Shown here: in pieces, positions 30,691-40,341 of the stretch
Numbering within the stretch: the stretch's first letter is position 1
Layout of the letters: the number at the start of each line of letters is the position of its first letter
Assembly (NCBI GenBank): GCA_049683935.1
Contig: JBAUJR010000071.1
Reading direction: 5' to 3' (one strand)
Origin: Mycobacterium sp.
GTDB lineage: Bacteria > Actinomycetota > Actinomycetes > Mycobacteriales > Mycobacteriaceae
Length of the DNA: 64,000 bases
Notes under the pieces: generated by a model
Told to the model about the DNA's origin: nothing
Databases searched by the model: none
The model's input: the letters and a program-made list of their open reading frames with translations, nothing else
Made by a program: the position numbers and the translations under genes

Positions 30691-30735
30691 ACCTTACTCG
30701 TCGGTCAGTTCCTATACCTTACTCTGGAGTCAGTT
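30691..30735 (+). repeat. Tandem imperfect 20-nt direct repeat ACCTTACTC-N4-GTCAGTT (25-nt period) upstream of fadE24
   Basis: ACCTTACTCGTCGGTCAGTT lies at 30691-30710 and ACCTTACTCTGGAGTCAGTT at 30716-30735, with 16 of 20 positions identical. A third CCTTAC is at 30675-30680. The fadE24 ATG is at 30779. Confidence 0.5.
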
Positions 30736-30778
30736 GCGCGTTCGCGCATCTCCGACCATCAACCGAGGGCAGCTGCCA

Positions 30779-32164
30779 ATGACGAACACCCTGCCGTCCA
30801 AGCAACGCGGTCGCGAGAGCGCCGTCGGCCTCCAGAAGCACAAGCGCTCAGCGATCGACATCGGAATGGCGCTGCTCACGCCGATCATGGGCCAGGAGTT
30901 CCTGGACAAGTACAACCTGCGCGACCCGCTCAACCGGGGCATCAAGTACGGCGTCAAACACGGCTTCTCCGCAGCGGGTGCCTCGACCCGGCAGTTCAAG
31001 CGCATCCAGGGCCTCGGCAAGCCGGCGACCCGACTCAAGCCCAGCGGCGCCGACTACTTCGACCTGACCCCCGACGACGACCAGAAGATGATCGTCGAAA
31101 CGGTCAACGAGTTCGCCGAGGAGATCCTGCGGCCCGCCGCGCACGACGCCGACCAGGCAGCCACGTACCCGCCGGATCTGATCGCCAAGGCCGCCGAACT
31201 CGGCATCACGGCGATCAACATCCCCGAGGATTTCGACGGGATCGCCGAGCGGCGCAGCACCGTCACCAACACGCTGGTCGCCGAGGCGCTGGCATACGGC
31301 GACATGGGGCTGGCCCTGCCGATCCTGGCGCCGGGAGGCGTCGCATCGGCGCTCACCCACTGGGGAAGCGCCGACCAGCAGGCCACCTACCTCAAGGAGT
31401 TCGCAGGCGAGAACGTTCCGCAGGCCTGTGTCGCGATCGCCGAGCCGCAGCCGCTGTTCGACCCGACTGCGCTGAAAACCACCGCGGTGCGCACCCCGAG
31501 CGGATACCGGCTCGACGGCGTCAAGTCGTTGGTACCGGCTGCCGCGGACGCCGAGATCTTCATCGTCGCCGCCCAGCTCGGTGGAAAGCCGGCGCTGTTC
31601 ATCGTCGAGGCGGCCAGCAAGGGGCTCACCATCACGGCTGACCCGAGCATGGGCATCCGCGCCGCCGCGCTGGGCCGGGTCGAACTCGACAAGGTCTCGG
31701 TTCCGCTCAGCGCGCGTTTGGGTGAGTTGGACGCTCCCGCAGCCGATTACGCCCAGCTCTACAGCGACGCGATCGCGCTGTCACGCCTCGGCTGGGCAGC
31801 GCTGGCGGTGGGAACCTCACACGCGGTGCTCGACTACGTCATCCCCTACGTCAAGGAGCGCGAGGCCTTCGGAGAGCCGATCGCCCGCAGGCAGTCCGTC
31901 GCCTTCATGTGCGCCAATATCGCCATCGAACTCGACGGACTGCGGCTGATCACGTGGCGCGGCGCGGCGCGGGCCGAGCAGGGGCTGTCCTTCGCCCGCG
32001 AGGCGGCTCTGGCCAAGAAGCTCGGCACCGACAAGGGCATGCAGATCGGCCTCGACGGCGTCCAGCTGCTCGGCGGCCACGGCTTCACCAAAGAACACCC
32101 GGTCGAGCGCTGGTACCGCGATCTGCGGGCCATCGGCGTCGCCGAGGGTGTCGTGGTCCTCTAA
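30779..32164 (+). CDS. fadE24: Acyl-CoA dehydrogenase
   Basis: Start is ATG 30779 (MTNTLPSKQRG...). It has the ACAD fold with a long N-terminal extension. It is paired with the next ACAD gene, as in Rv3139/Rv3140 (from memory). Confidence 0.75.
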   Translation: MTNTLPSKQRGRESAVGLQKHKRSAIDIGMALLTPIMGQEFLDKYNLRDPLNRGIKYGVKHGFSAAGASTRQFKRIQGLGKPATRLKPSGADYFDLTPDDDQKMIVETVNEFAEEILRPAAHDADQAATYPPDLIAKAAELGITAINIPEDFDGIAERRSTVTNTLVAEALAYGDMGLALPILAPGGVASALTHWGSADQQATYLKEFAGENVPQACVAIAEPQPLFDPTALKTTAVRTPSGYRLDGVKSLVPAAADAEIFIVAAQLGGKPALFIVEAASKGLTITADPSMGIRAAALGRVELDKVSVPLSARLGELDAPAADYAQLYSDAIALSRLGWAALAVGTSHAVLDYVIPYVKEREAFGEPIARRQSVAFMCANIAIELDGLRLITWRGAARAEQGLSFAREAALAKKLGTDKGMQIGLDGVQLLGGHGFTKEHPVERWYRDLRAIGVAEGVVVL

Positions 32165-32193
32165 CTCACCGACCTGACGGAAAAGAGACTCAC

Positions 32194-33405
32194 ATGGCAA
32201 TCAATCTGGAACTGCCGAAGAAGCTGCAGGCGGTCATCGAGAAGGGGCATCAGGGCGCGGCGGAGATCCTGCGACCGATCTCACGCAAGTACGACCTGAA
32301 GGAACACGCGTACCCCGTCGAACTGGACACCGTCGCGACCCTGTTCGAGGGCATCTCCGAGGCCAAGACCATCTCGTTCGCCGGCGCCGAGGCGTTCCGG
32401 GACGGAGACGACGGCCCGAAGGGAAACATCAACGGGGGCAACATGTCCGCCGTGCTCAACATCGTCGAGGTCAGCTGGGGCGACGTCGGCTTGGTGCTGT
32501 CGATCCCCTTCCAGGGACTGGGCAATGCGGCGATCTCCGGTGTCGCGACCGACGAGCAACTCGAGCGGCTCGGCAAGGTGTGGGCCGCGATGGCGATCAC
32601 CGAACCGGGTTTCGGGTCCGACTCCGCCGCCGTGACGACCACCGCGAAACTCGACGGCGACGAGTACGTGATCAACGGCGAGAAGATCTACGTCACGGCC
32701 GGATCGCGCGCCACGCACATCGTGGTCTGGGCGACGCTCGACAAGACCAAGGGACGGGCGGCGATCAAGTCGTTCATCGTGCCGCGCGAACACCCCGGCG
32801 TCACGGTGGAGCGTTTGGAGAACAAGCTCGGAATCAAGGCCTCCGACACCGCCGCGATCCGTTTCGAGGATGTCCGCATCCCCAAGGACTACCTGCTGGG
32901 TAGCCCGGACATCAACGTCGAGAAGGGTTTTGCCGGGGTCATGGAGACCTTCGACAACACCCGCCCCGTCGTTGCGGGCATGGCGGTGGGTATCGCCCGC
33001 GCCGCGCTGGAAGAACTGCGCAAGATCCTGACCGACGCCGGCATCGACATCTCCTATGACAAGCCCGCTCACGCCCAGAGCGCTGCGGCCGCGGAGTTCC
33101 TGCGGATGGAGGCCGACTGGGAGTCCGGTTATCTGCTCACCCTGCGGTCGGCGTGGCAGGCGGACAACAAGATCCCGAACTCCAAGGAAGCCTCGATGGG
33201 CAAGGCGAAAGCTGCCCGCGTCGCCAGCGACATCACGCTCAAGACCGTGGAATTGGCGGGCACCGCCGGCTACTCGGAGGGGGCGCTTCTGGAGAAGTGG
33301 GCCCGCGACTCGAAGATCCTCGACATCTTCGAGGGCACCCAGCAGATCCAGCAGCTGGTGGTGGCCCGCCGCCTGCTCGGCCTGTCATCGGCTGAACTGA
33401 AGTAA
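32194..33405 (+). CDS. fadE23: Acyl-CoA dehydrogenase
   Basis: Start is ATG 32194 (MAINLELPKKLQAV...). The C-terminus reads IFEGTQQIQQLVVARRLLG. Confidence 0.75.
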   Translation: MAINLELPKKLQAVIEKGHQGAAEILRPISRKYDLKEHAYPVELDTVATLFEGISEAKTISFAGAEAFRDGDDGPKGNINGGNMSAVLNIVEVSWGDVGLVLSIPFQGLGNAAISGVATDEQLERLGKVWAAMAITEPGFGSDSAAVTTTAKLDGDEYVINGEKIYVTAGSRATHIVVWATLDKTKGRAAIKSFIVPREHPGVTVERLENKLGIKASDTAAIRFEDVRIPKDYLLGSPDINVEKGFAGVMETFDNTRPVVAGMAVGIARAALEELRKILTDAGIDISYDKPAHAQSAAAAEFLRMEADWESGYLLTLRSAWQADNKIPNSKEASMGKAKAARVASDITLKTVELAGTAGYSEGALLEKWARDSKILDIFEGTQQIQQLVVARRLLGLSSAELK

Positions 33406-33410
33406 CCGGG

Positions 33411-33433
33411 GCGCACGGCTTGCTACCGTGCGC
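33411..33433 (+). terminator. 8-bp perfect hairpin between fadE23 and the next gene (weak terminator or attenuator candidate; no U-tract)
   Basis: The hairpin is GCGCACGG-CTTGCTA-CCGTGCGC. It ends 2 nt before GTG 33436. Confidence 0.25.
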
Positions 33434-33435
33434 TC

Positions 33436-35694
33436 GTGGAGCACCGCATCACCTGTCCGTTGTGCGAGGCGATGTGTGGCTTGCGGGTCGCCGTGGACGG
33501 CGACGCCGTGGGCGCTGTTCGGGGCAACCCCGACGATGTGTGGTCCCGCGGGCACCTGTGCCCCAAGGGCGCCTCGCTGAACCAGATCCACGAGGACCCC
33601 GATCGATTACGTCTACCCATGGTGCGTCACCGCGGCGGTGAGCACGTGCAGGTGTCATGGGACGACGCGTTCGCCGAAGCGGAGAGGGTCCTACGGCCGG
33701 TTCTGGACCGGCACGGAGCGGGCGCGATCTCGGTGTACATCGGAAACCCGGTCGCCCACAACCTCGGGCTGGAGACCTACGTCGGAGCGCTGGTCGGCCT
33801 GGCGGGGGCGGCGGGAATGCCCGCGTACTACACCCCGGGCACGGTCGATCAGTGGCCGCTCAACGTGGTCAGCGCGCTGCTCTTCGGCGGGATGTGGAAT
33901 GCGCCCATACCCGACCTGGACCGCACCGACCACCTGATGATGTTGGGCGCCAACCCCTCTGCGTCGCAAGGATCGATGCTCTCCGCCCCCGACATCATGG
34001 GTCGACTGGCGGCGATCCGCGAGCGTGGTGGCACCGTTGTGGTCGTCGATCCCCGCAGGACCCAGACGGCACGGCGGGCGACGGAATGGGTACCGGTGCG
34101 CCCCGGCACGGACGCACTGCTGTTGTTCGCGCTGCTGCACACTCTCGAAGAACGGAACTGGATCCGCCGCCCGAGCCATCTCGACGAGATGGTGGCAGGA
34201 CTCGACGACGTCATCGCGCTGGCTGCGCAGTTTCCACCTGAGCGGGTAGCCGCGGCCACCGGCATCCCCGCCGACACGATCCGTCGACTCGCGGCTGGGC
34301 TGGCCGACGCCGAGAGTCCGGTGATCTACAGCCGAATAGGCACGTGTACGCAGGAATTCGGCACGCTGGCCACCTGGCTGGTGTTCGTGCTGAACGTGGC
34401 ACTCGGCTCGGTGGACCGTCCTGGCGGCGCGGTCTTCCCCAAAGCCGCGGTCTGGTCGCCGATGTTCATGAAACCCCCCGACCAGGACGGGCCGGGCTGG
34501 CAGTTCGGCCGGTTCCGCAGTCGCGTGCGCGGGGCACCGGAAGTTCTCGGGCAATTCCCGATCAGCTGCCTGGCCGAGGAGATCGACACTCCCGGCGACG
34601 GTCAGATCCGCGCGCTGGTCACCGTCGCCGGCAATCCGGCGATCTCGGCACCGGGGGCACGCCGCCTCGATGCGGCGCTCGGCGGGCTGGAAGCCATGAT
34701 CTCGGTGGACAATTGGCTCAACGAGACAACACGGCACGCACACGTGATCCTGCCCGGCCTGTCTCCGCTGGAACGCGCCCACTGCGACGACCTGTACTGG
34801 ATGTACGCCATCGCATCGTGTGTGAAATGGTCCGACGCCGTCTTACCTGCCCCTGCGGGGCGCCCCGAGGAATGGGAGATCATGCTCCGCCTGGCGGGAG
34901 CAGTGGTCGGCACACCGATCCCTGACGTCGACATATCCGCGATGGACGACCTGTACACCCAGGGCATCATCCACACCGCGTGCCAGGCTGCCGACACTCC
35001 CCTGTTCGGCCGTGACCCGATGGAAGTCTTTGCGGCGCTGAGGGGCCGGGGACCCGAGCGGATGATCGACCTCGGTATCCGCACCGGCCCCTGGGGTGAC
35101 GACCTCGGGCGCCGGCCGGGCGGACTGACGCTGGACGAGGTCCGTCGCCACCCCGATGGGCTGAGGCTGGGCGAGTTGGAGGGCGGTCGTCTCTCGGAAG
35201 TGCTGACCACACCGTCGGGCCGGATCGAACTGATGCATCCGCTGCTGACCGCCGACCTCCCGAGGCTTCTCAGCCGGATCGACCGCGCCAGTGACGGATT
35301 GGTGCTGACGAGCAGACGACACCTGCGATCGAACAACTCCTGGCTGCACAACGTCGCCGGTCTGATGCGTGGCAGGGATCGCTGCACGCTGCTGATCCAT
35401 CCCACCGACGCCGCTCACCTCGGCGTCTCCGACGGCCTACCGGTTGATGTCTCCACCACCGAGGGCTCCATCCGCGTGCCCGCCGAGGTGACCGAGGAGA
35501 TGATGCCCGGCGTGGTGTCGCTACCCCACGGCTGGGGCCATGGCGTCGACGGCACTCAGATGAGCATTGCGAACGCCCACCCGGGCGTCAACACAAATGT
35601 GCTCAATCCTGCTGCGCTGATTGATGTTCCCAGCAACACCCAGGTCGTCAACGGGGTGCAGTGCCAGGTGGTTCCGGCGCCCGCCGCCGGGTGA
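33436..35694 (+). CDS. Molybdopterin-dependent oxidoreductase (formate-dehydrogenase-like)
   Basis: 752 aa. The N-terminal 4Fe-4S motif is CPLCEAMCG. The length and layout fit molybdopterin plus molydop-binding domains. Confidence 0.8.
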   Translation: MEHRITCPLCEAMCGLRVAVDGDAVGAVRGNPDDVWSRGHLCPKGASLNQIHEDPDRLRLPMVRHRGGEHVQVSWDDAFAEAERVLRPVLDRHGAGAISVYIGNPVAHNLGLETYVGALVGLAGAAGMPAYYTPGTVDQWPLNVVSALLFGGMWNAPIPDLDRTDHLMMLGANPSASQGSMLSAPDIMGRLAAIRERGGTVVVVDPRRTQTARRATEWVPVRPGTDALLLFALLHTLEERNWIRRPSHLDEMVAGLDDVIALAAQFPPERVAAATGIPADTIRRLAAGLADAESPVIYSRIGTCTQEFGTLATWLVFVLNVALGSVDRPGGAVFPKAAVWSPMFMKPPDQDGPGWQFGRFRSRVRGAPEVLGQFPISCLAEEIDTPGDGQIRALVTVAGNPAISAPGARRLDAALGGLEAMISVDNWLNETTRHAHVILPGLSPLERAHCDDLYWMYAIASCVKWSDAVLPAPAGRPEEWEIMLRLAGAVVGTPIPDVDISAMDDLYTQGIIHTACQAADTPLFGRDPMEVFAALRGRGPERMIDLGIRTGPWGDDLGRRPGGLTLDEVRRHPDGLRLGELEGGRLSEVLTTPSGRIELMHPLLTADLPRLLSRIDRASDGLVLTSRRHLRSNNSWLHNVAGLMRGRDRCTLLIHPTDAAHLGVSDGLPVDVSTTEGSIRVPAEVTEEMMPGVVSLPHGWGHGVDGTQMSIANAHPGVNTNVLNPAALIDVPSNTQVVNGVQCQVVPAPAAG

Positions 35695-35710
35695 GCACAG
35701 CGAGCCCGCG

Positions 35711-36709
35711 TCAGAAGCCGTCGTGCACGACCACCCGGGTGCGGCCGGTGACGCCGCCCCCGATGATGCGCCCGAGAACGTCGGCGACCTCGCGGACCGG
35801 GACGTCCTGGGTGATCCGCGCCAGGTGCCGCGGCTGTAGCTCGGACTCGATCTGAGCCCACACCTCGCGGCGCTGCTTGATGGGGAGCAGCACCGAGTCG
35901 ATGCCGGCGAGCGTCACCCCCCGCAGGATGAAAGGCAGAACACTGGCCGGCAGGTCCGCCGACCCGGCGAGTCCCGAAATAGCGGCCACGCCAGCGTAGT
36001 TCAGTGTGCTGAGCGCATGGGCCAGCGTCTTCCCGCCGACGCAGTCGACCACTGCGGCCCATTGGGACTTACCCAGGGGACGCACTTTGTCCTCGGGGCC
36101 GGTAACCCGGTCGATGACCTCGGCGGCACCCAGTTCCCGCAGCAGATCGTGCGCGTCGGCCTTCCCCGTCGACGCCACCACCTCGTAGCCGAGGCCGGCG
36201 AGCAGGTCGACACTGACGCTGCCCACACCGCCGGTGGCGCCGGTCACCAACACAGGGCCGGCGGACGGCGTGATGCCATGTGTCCGCAGCGCATTCACAC
36301 TCATGGCCGCTGTGAAACCGGCGGTGCCGATCGCCGCCGCCTCGGCCGGGCTCAAGGTGGTCAGTTTGACCACGAGGTCAGCGGGATACCTCGCCGCCTG
36401 CGCGTAACCGCCGTGCCGACCGGTGCCGATGTCCTGACCGTGGGCGACGACCGCGTCACCGACGGCGAACTCCGGCGACGTACTCGCGGTCACGGTACCT
36501 GCGACGTCGATCCCCGGAATCAACGGATACGACCGCGCCACTCCACCTTTGGGCGTGACCGCCAGTGCGTCCTTGTAGTTCACGCTCGAGTACTCGACAC
36601 GGATCTCGACGTCACCCTCGGGCAGGAACGATTCGTCGACCACCTCGTGGCGCAGCACGATGCCGCCCTCGGCATCCTCGTGGGCCACCATCGCGTTGAT
36701 TTCCGTCAT
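35711..36709 (-). CDS. fadB4: YhdH/AcuI-type NADPH quinone oxidoreductase (MDR family)
   Basis: Start is ATG 36709 (MTEINAMVAHEDAEGG...); the track uses TTG 36727. Readable segments are VEYSSVNYKDALA, PLIPGIDVAGTV and VLVTGATGGVGS. The symbol is assigned by synteny with Rv3141 (from memory), so it is tentative. Confidence 0.75.
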   Translation of the reverse strand: MTEINAMVAHEDAEGGIVLRHEVVDESFLPEGDVEIRVEYSSVNYKDALAVTPKGGVARSYPLIPGIDVAGTVTASTSPEFAVGDAVVAHGQDIGTGRHGGYAQAARYPADLVVKLTTLSPAEAAAIGTAGFTAAMSVNALRTHGITPSAGPVLVTGATGGVGSVSVDLLAGLGYEVVASTGKADAHDLLRELGAAEVIDRVTGPEDKVRPLGKSQWAAVVDCVGGKTLAHALSTLNYAGVAAISGLAGSADLPASVLPFILRGVTLAGIDSVLLPIKQRREVWAQIESELQPRHLARITQDVPVREVADVLGRIIGGGVTGRTRVVVHDGF

Positions 36710-36740
36710 GACGGCCACAGTAGCCAACGCGGGTACTCAG

Positions 36741-36784
36741 ACGAAGAAGCCCCCGACCGCCAAGCGGTCAGGGGCTTCGTTCGT
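36741..36784 (-). terminator. Strong hairpin terminator downstream of the Ag85 gene
   Basis: The plus strand reads ACGAAGAAGCCCCCGACCGC-CAA-GCGGTCAGGGGCTTCGTTCGT, a stem of about 15-20 bp with one mismatch or bulge. It begins 8 nt after the stop at 36792 and is followed on the minus strand by CUUCUUCGUC. Confidence 0.6.
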
Positions 36785-36791
36785 CAGCTTG

Positions 36792-37796
<1,005 letters not shown>

Positions 37797-37940
37797 TTAC
37801 CGCATGATGCGGTTTGTCCTGCGATTTCTCGGCCGGTCACAGCCGACATCGAGGTATTCACCCCGTTGCCGGACGATTGCGCAGCAGCCAGTAGGCAGCG
37901 CCGAAGGCCGAGAAACCTTCAGTTGTAGCGGTTGCAGTAA

Positions 37941-37960
37941 AGCATGTGACCAGCATGTGA
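37941..37960. repeat. AGCATGTGA direct repeat with 11-bp phasing in the long Ag85/TetR intergenic region
   Basis: AGCATGTGA occurs at 37941-37949 and 37952-37960. Confidence 0.4.
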
Positions 37961-38112
37961 GAAAGTCCGGCCACGCCGAACAGCGCACTTCCTGCAGGAA
38001 TCGGAAACTGACGCCGAGGAAAGCCGACCGCCCCAAATCTGCGAAATCACTGGAAGTCGGTGGCGCGAGTGAGCCGACAGGCCCGTCATGCACCCGTAAC
38101 AGGTGTGAGTCA

Positions 38113-38124
38113 TGACCGCGGTCA
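38113..38124. promoter_or_regulatory. Perfect 12-bp palindrome TGACCGCGGTCA, 9 bp upstream of the TetR start (candidate autoregulatory operator)
   Basis: Read directly from the sequence. It is adjacent to the 8-bp palindrome GTCATGAC at 38108-38115. Confidence 0.4.
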
Positions 38125-38133
38125 CACGCGGGC

Positions 38134-38718
38134 GTGTTCAGTAGGCTGCAGCGGATGGCCAATGCCCCCGCAGGCGCAGGCAGATTGTCTGCTGACGACT
38201 GGATCGAGGCCGGCTACGCGATCCTGGCCGACGACGGCCTGGAGGCACTGAAGATCGACCGACTGTGTGCCCGCCTCGGTGTCACGAAGGGCAGTTTCTA
38301 CTGGCACTTCAAGGACATGGCGAGCTACCGAGTCGCTGTCGTCGCGGCGTGGGCCGGGTTACGCGACCGCGACCGGAGTCACTTCGGCGAGTTGGGGGTT
38401 CTCCCGCCCCGCGAACGGCTCGCACAGATGATGGGCGCCCTGGTGGGCCCACGGCAGTGGACCCTCGAGCGCGCGATGCGCGAGTGGGCGCGCACCGACC
38501 CCGCCGTCGCCGAGAGCGTGCACACCGCCGACCAGAGGGTGCTCAGCGCGGTCCGACACGCGTTTCGAGATGCCGGGTTCGACGCCGACGACGCCGACGT
38601 GCGCGCGAACGCGACGTTCGCGGCGGGTATCGGGTTCCTGCACCTCTCCAACGCGCCACCCGGGGCCCAACTGGCTGCTCAACAGGAGCGGTTTCTCGAC
38701 CTGATGCTCGCTCACTGA
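38134..38718 (+). CDS. TetR family transcriptional regulator
   Basis: 194 aa with GTG 38134 (alternative ATG 38155). The HTH is LKIDRLCARLGVTKGSFYWHFKD. Confidence 0.85.
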   Translation: MFSRLQRMANAPAGAGRLSADDWIEAGYAILADDGLEALKIDRLCARLGVTKGSFYWHFKDMASYRVAVVAAWAGLRDRDRSHFGELGVLPPRERLAQMMGALVGPRQWTLERAMREWARTDPAVAESVHTADQRVLSAVRHAFRDAGFDADDADVRANATFAAGIGFLHLSNAPPGAQLAAQQERFLDLMLAH

Positions 38719-38724
38719 CCACTT

Positions 38725-38742
38725 CCATACTAAAAGGTATGG
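38725..38742. promoter_or_regulatory. Inverted repeat CCATAC-N6-GTATGG in the AT-rich spacer between the TetR gene and the monooxygenase gene
   Basis: CCATAC lies at 38725-38730 and GTATGG at 38737-38742. It overlaps a TANNNT box (TATGGT, 38738-38743) 11 nt before ATG 38755. Confidence 0.4.
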
Positions 38743-38754
38743 TACGTTCGGATT

Positions 38755-39933
38755 ATGCTGTTGACCTCGACCGACGCCCCGGCCATCACCTCTGACTACG
38801 TCGCCGGACTGGCCGCCCGCGCTGCGGAGGCCGAGCAACTCCGCCGCTTGCCCACCGCCACGCTGGCCGACCCGGCAACGTCGCAGTTCATCGAACTGCT
38901 GGTTCCAGCCCGCTACGGCGGCACTCAGGCGCCGTTTCCGGCCATCCTGGATCCCGTGCGCGCGATGGCCCACGGCTGCGCCTCGAGCGCATGGACGTTG
39001 GGGTTCTACGCGCTCCACAACTGGATGCTCGCGCTCTTCGGCGAGCAGGCGCAGAGCGAGGCCTTTGCCACTCGGCCCTTCCTGGCCCCGGCGCCGCTCG
39101 CGCCCACGGGCCACGGCACGGCCTGCGACGGGGGCATCCGACTGTCCGGGCGGTGGTCGTGGGCGACCGGGGTGATGGACGGCAACTGGGTGATCGTGGG
39201 CGCGCTGTGTGAACGCCAACCGGATGACCCGAGCACGCTCCATCCGGTGCTGGCACTGTTGCCGATCGAGGCCGTGCGCATCGAGGACGTCTGGCACACC
39301 GATGGCATGCGTGCGACGGGGTCCAACGACGTCGTCATCGACGGGGGTTTTGTGCCGGCGCACCGCCTGGTGGCCGTGTCCGACATCTATACGGGTAGCG
39401 CACCCGGCGCCGCGTTGCACGACTCCGACACCTATCGCTGGCCGATGGTGCCCGCACTCGCACTGCTGGCTGCGATGCCCGCACTGGGCAGCGCCGAACG
39501 GGCTGCCGACATCTATACAGAGCGACTCTCGCAGCGATACCTGGCCTACGAGGGCGTCATGCAGAAAGACAAGCCGGTGGCGTCCGTACACCTCGGGCAG
39601 GCGCTGGTCCGGCTTCGGTCGCTACGCGGCTTACTGGCCGACACCGTGGGCGAGATCGAGGCCGTCGTCGCCGCAGGCGATCCGGTGACGCGCGCAGTAC
39701 GCGGGCAGGCCAGGCTGGCCGCGGCGCACATCGTGCACGAGTCGCGCGCGCTGATCGCCGATCTGCTCGGGACGTCGGGGGCAAGCGCCCATTTCCTGGA
39801 CAATCCGCTGCAGCGGATCAAACGCGACGTCGACGTCATCGCGGGCCACGTGGTGTTCGACTACGACACGAGCCGCGAACTCGCGGGGGCGCTGACCCTG
39901 GGGATGACGATCCCGCGCACCGCCATGGTGTGA
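38755..39933 (+). CDS. Acyl-CoA-dehydrogenase-fold flavin-dependent monooxygenase (HsaA / C2-HpaH-like oxygenase component)
   Basis: 392 aa. Readable segments are LLVPARYGGTQAPF, SGRWSWATGV and a C-terminal four-helix region. There is no CoA-binding style terminal motif. Confidence 0.65.
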   Translation: MLLTSTDAPAITSDYVAGLAARAAEAEQLRRLPTATLADPATSQFIELLVPARYGGTQAPFPAILDPVRAMAHGCASSAWTLGFYALHNWMLALFGEQAQSEAFATRPFLAPAPLAPTGHGTACDGGIRLSGRWSWATGVMDGNWVIVGALCERQPDDPSTLHPVLALLPIEAVRIEDVWHTDGMRATGSNDVVIDGGFVPAHRLVAVSDIYTGSAPGAALHDSDTYRWPMVPALALLAAMPALGSAERAADIYTERLSQRYLAYEGVMQKDKPVASVHLGQALVRLRSLRGLLADTVGEIEAVVAAGDPVTRAVRGQARLAAAHIVHESRALIADLLGTSGASAHFLDNPLQRIKRDVDVIAGHVVFDYDTSRELAGALTLGMTIPRTAMV

Positions 39934-39951
39934 GCTCCAGAGAGGATTCCG

Positions 39952-40341
39952 ATGGCCGAAACCGCACGCGACCGCGTCACCAAGTTCTTCCAGAAGAATG
40001 TCGCCAACCGCGTGATGCGGCGCATGCCGTTTCAAACGTTGCTGGAGACAACCGGACGTAAATCCGGTGAGCGGCGCACAACTCCTGTGGGCGGCCGGCG
40101 GGTGGCTGATGCGTTCTGGTTCGTCTCGGAGTTCGGCGAAAAATCGCAATACGTCCGCAACATCCTTGCCGACCCGAGTGTGCGGGTTCGGTTGAACGGC
40201 CGCTGGCACCGCGGTACCGCACACCTACTTCCGGACGACGACGCCAAGTCACGGATGCGCACATTGCCGGGGTACAACAACATCGGCGTGCGCACGTTCG
40301 GCACCAACCTGCTGACGGTGCGTGTCGACCTTGTCGACTAA
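39952..40341 (+). CDS. F420H2-dependent reductase family protein (DUF385 / Ddn-like)
   Basis: 129 aa. TTGRKSGERRTTPV and YVRNILADPSVRVRL are the DUF385 pattern. Confidence 0.75.
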   Translation: MAETARDRVTKFFQKNVANRVMRRMPFQTLLETTGRKSGERRTTPVGGRRVADAFWFVSEFGEKSQYVRNILADPSVRVRLNGRWHRGTAHLLPDDDAKSRMRTLPGYNNIGVRTFGTNLLTVRVDLVD

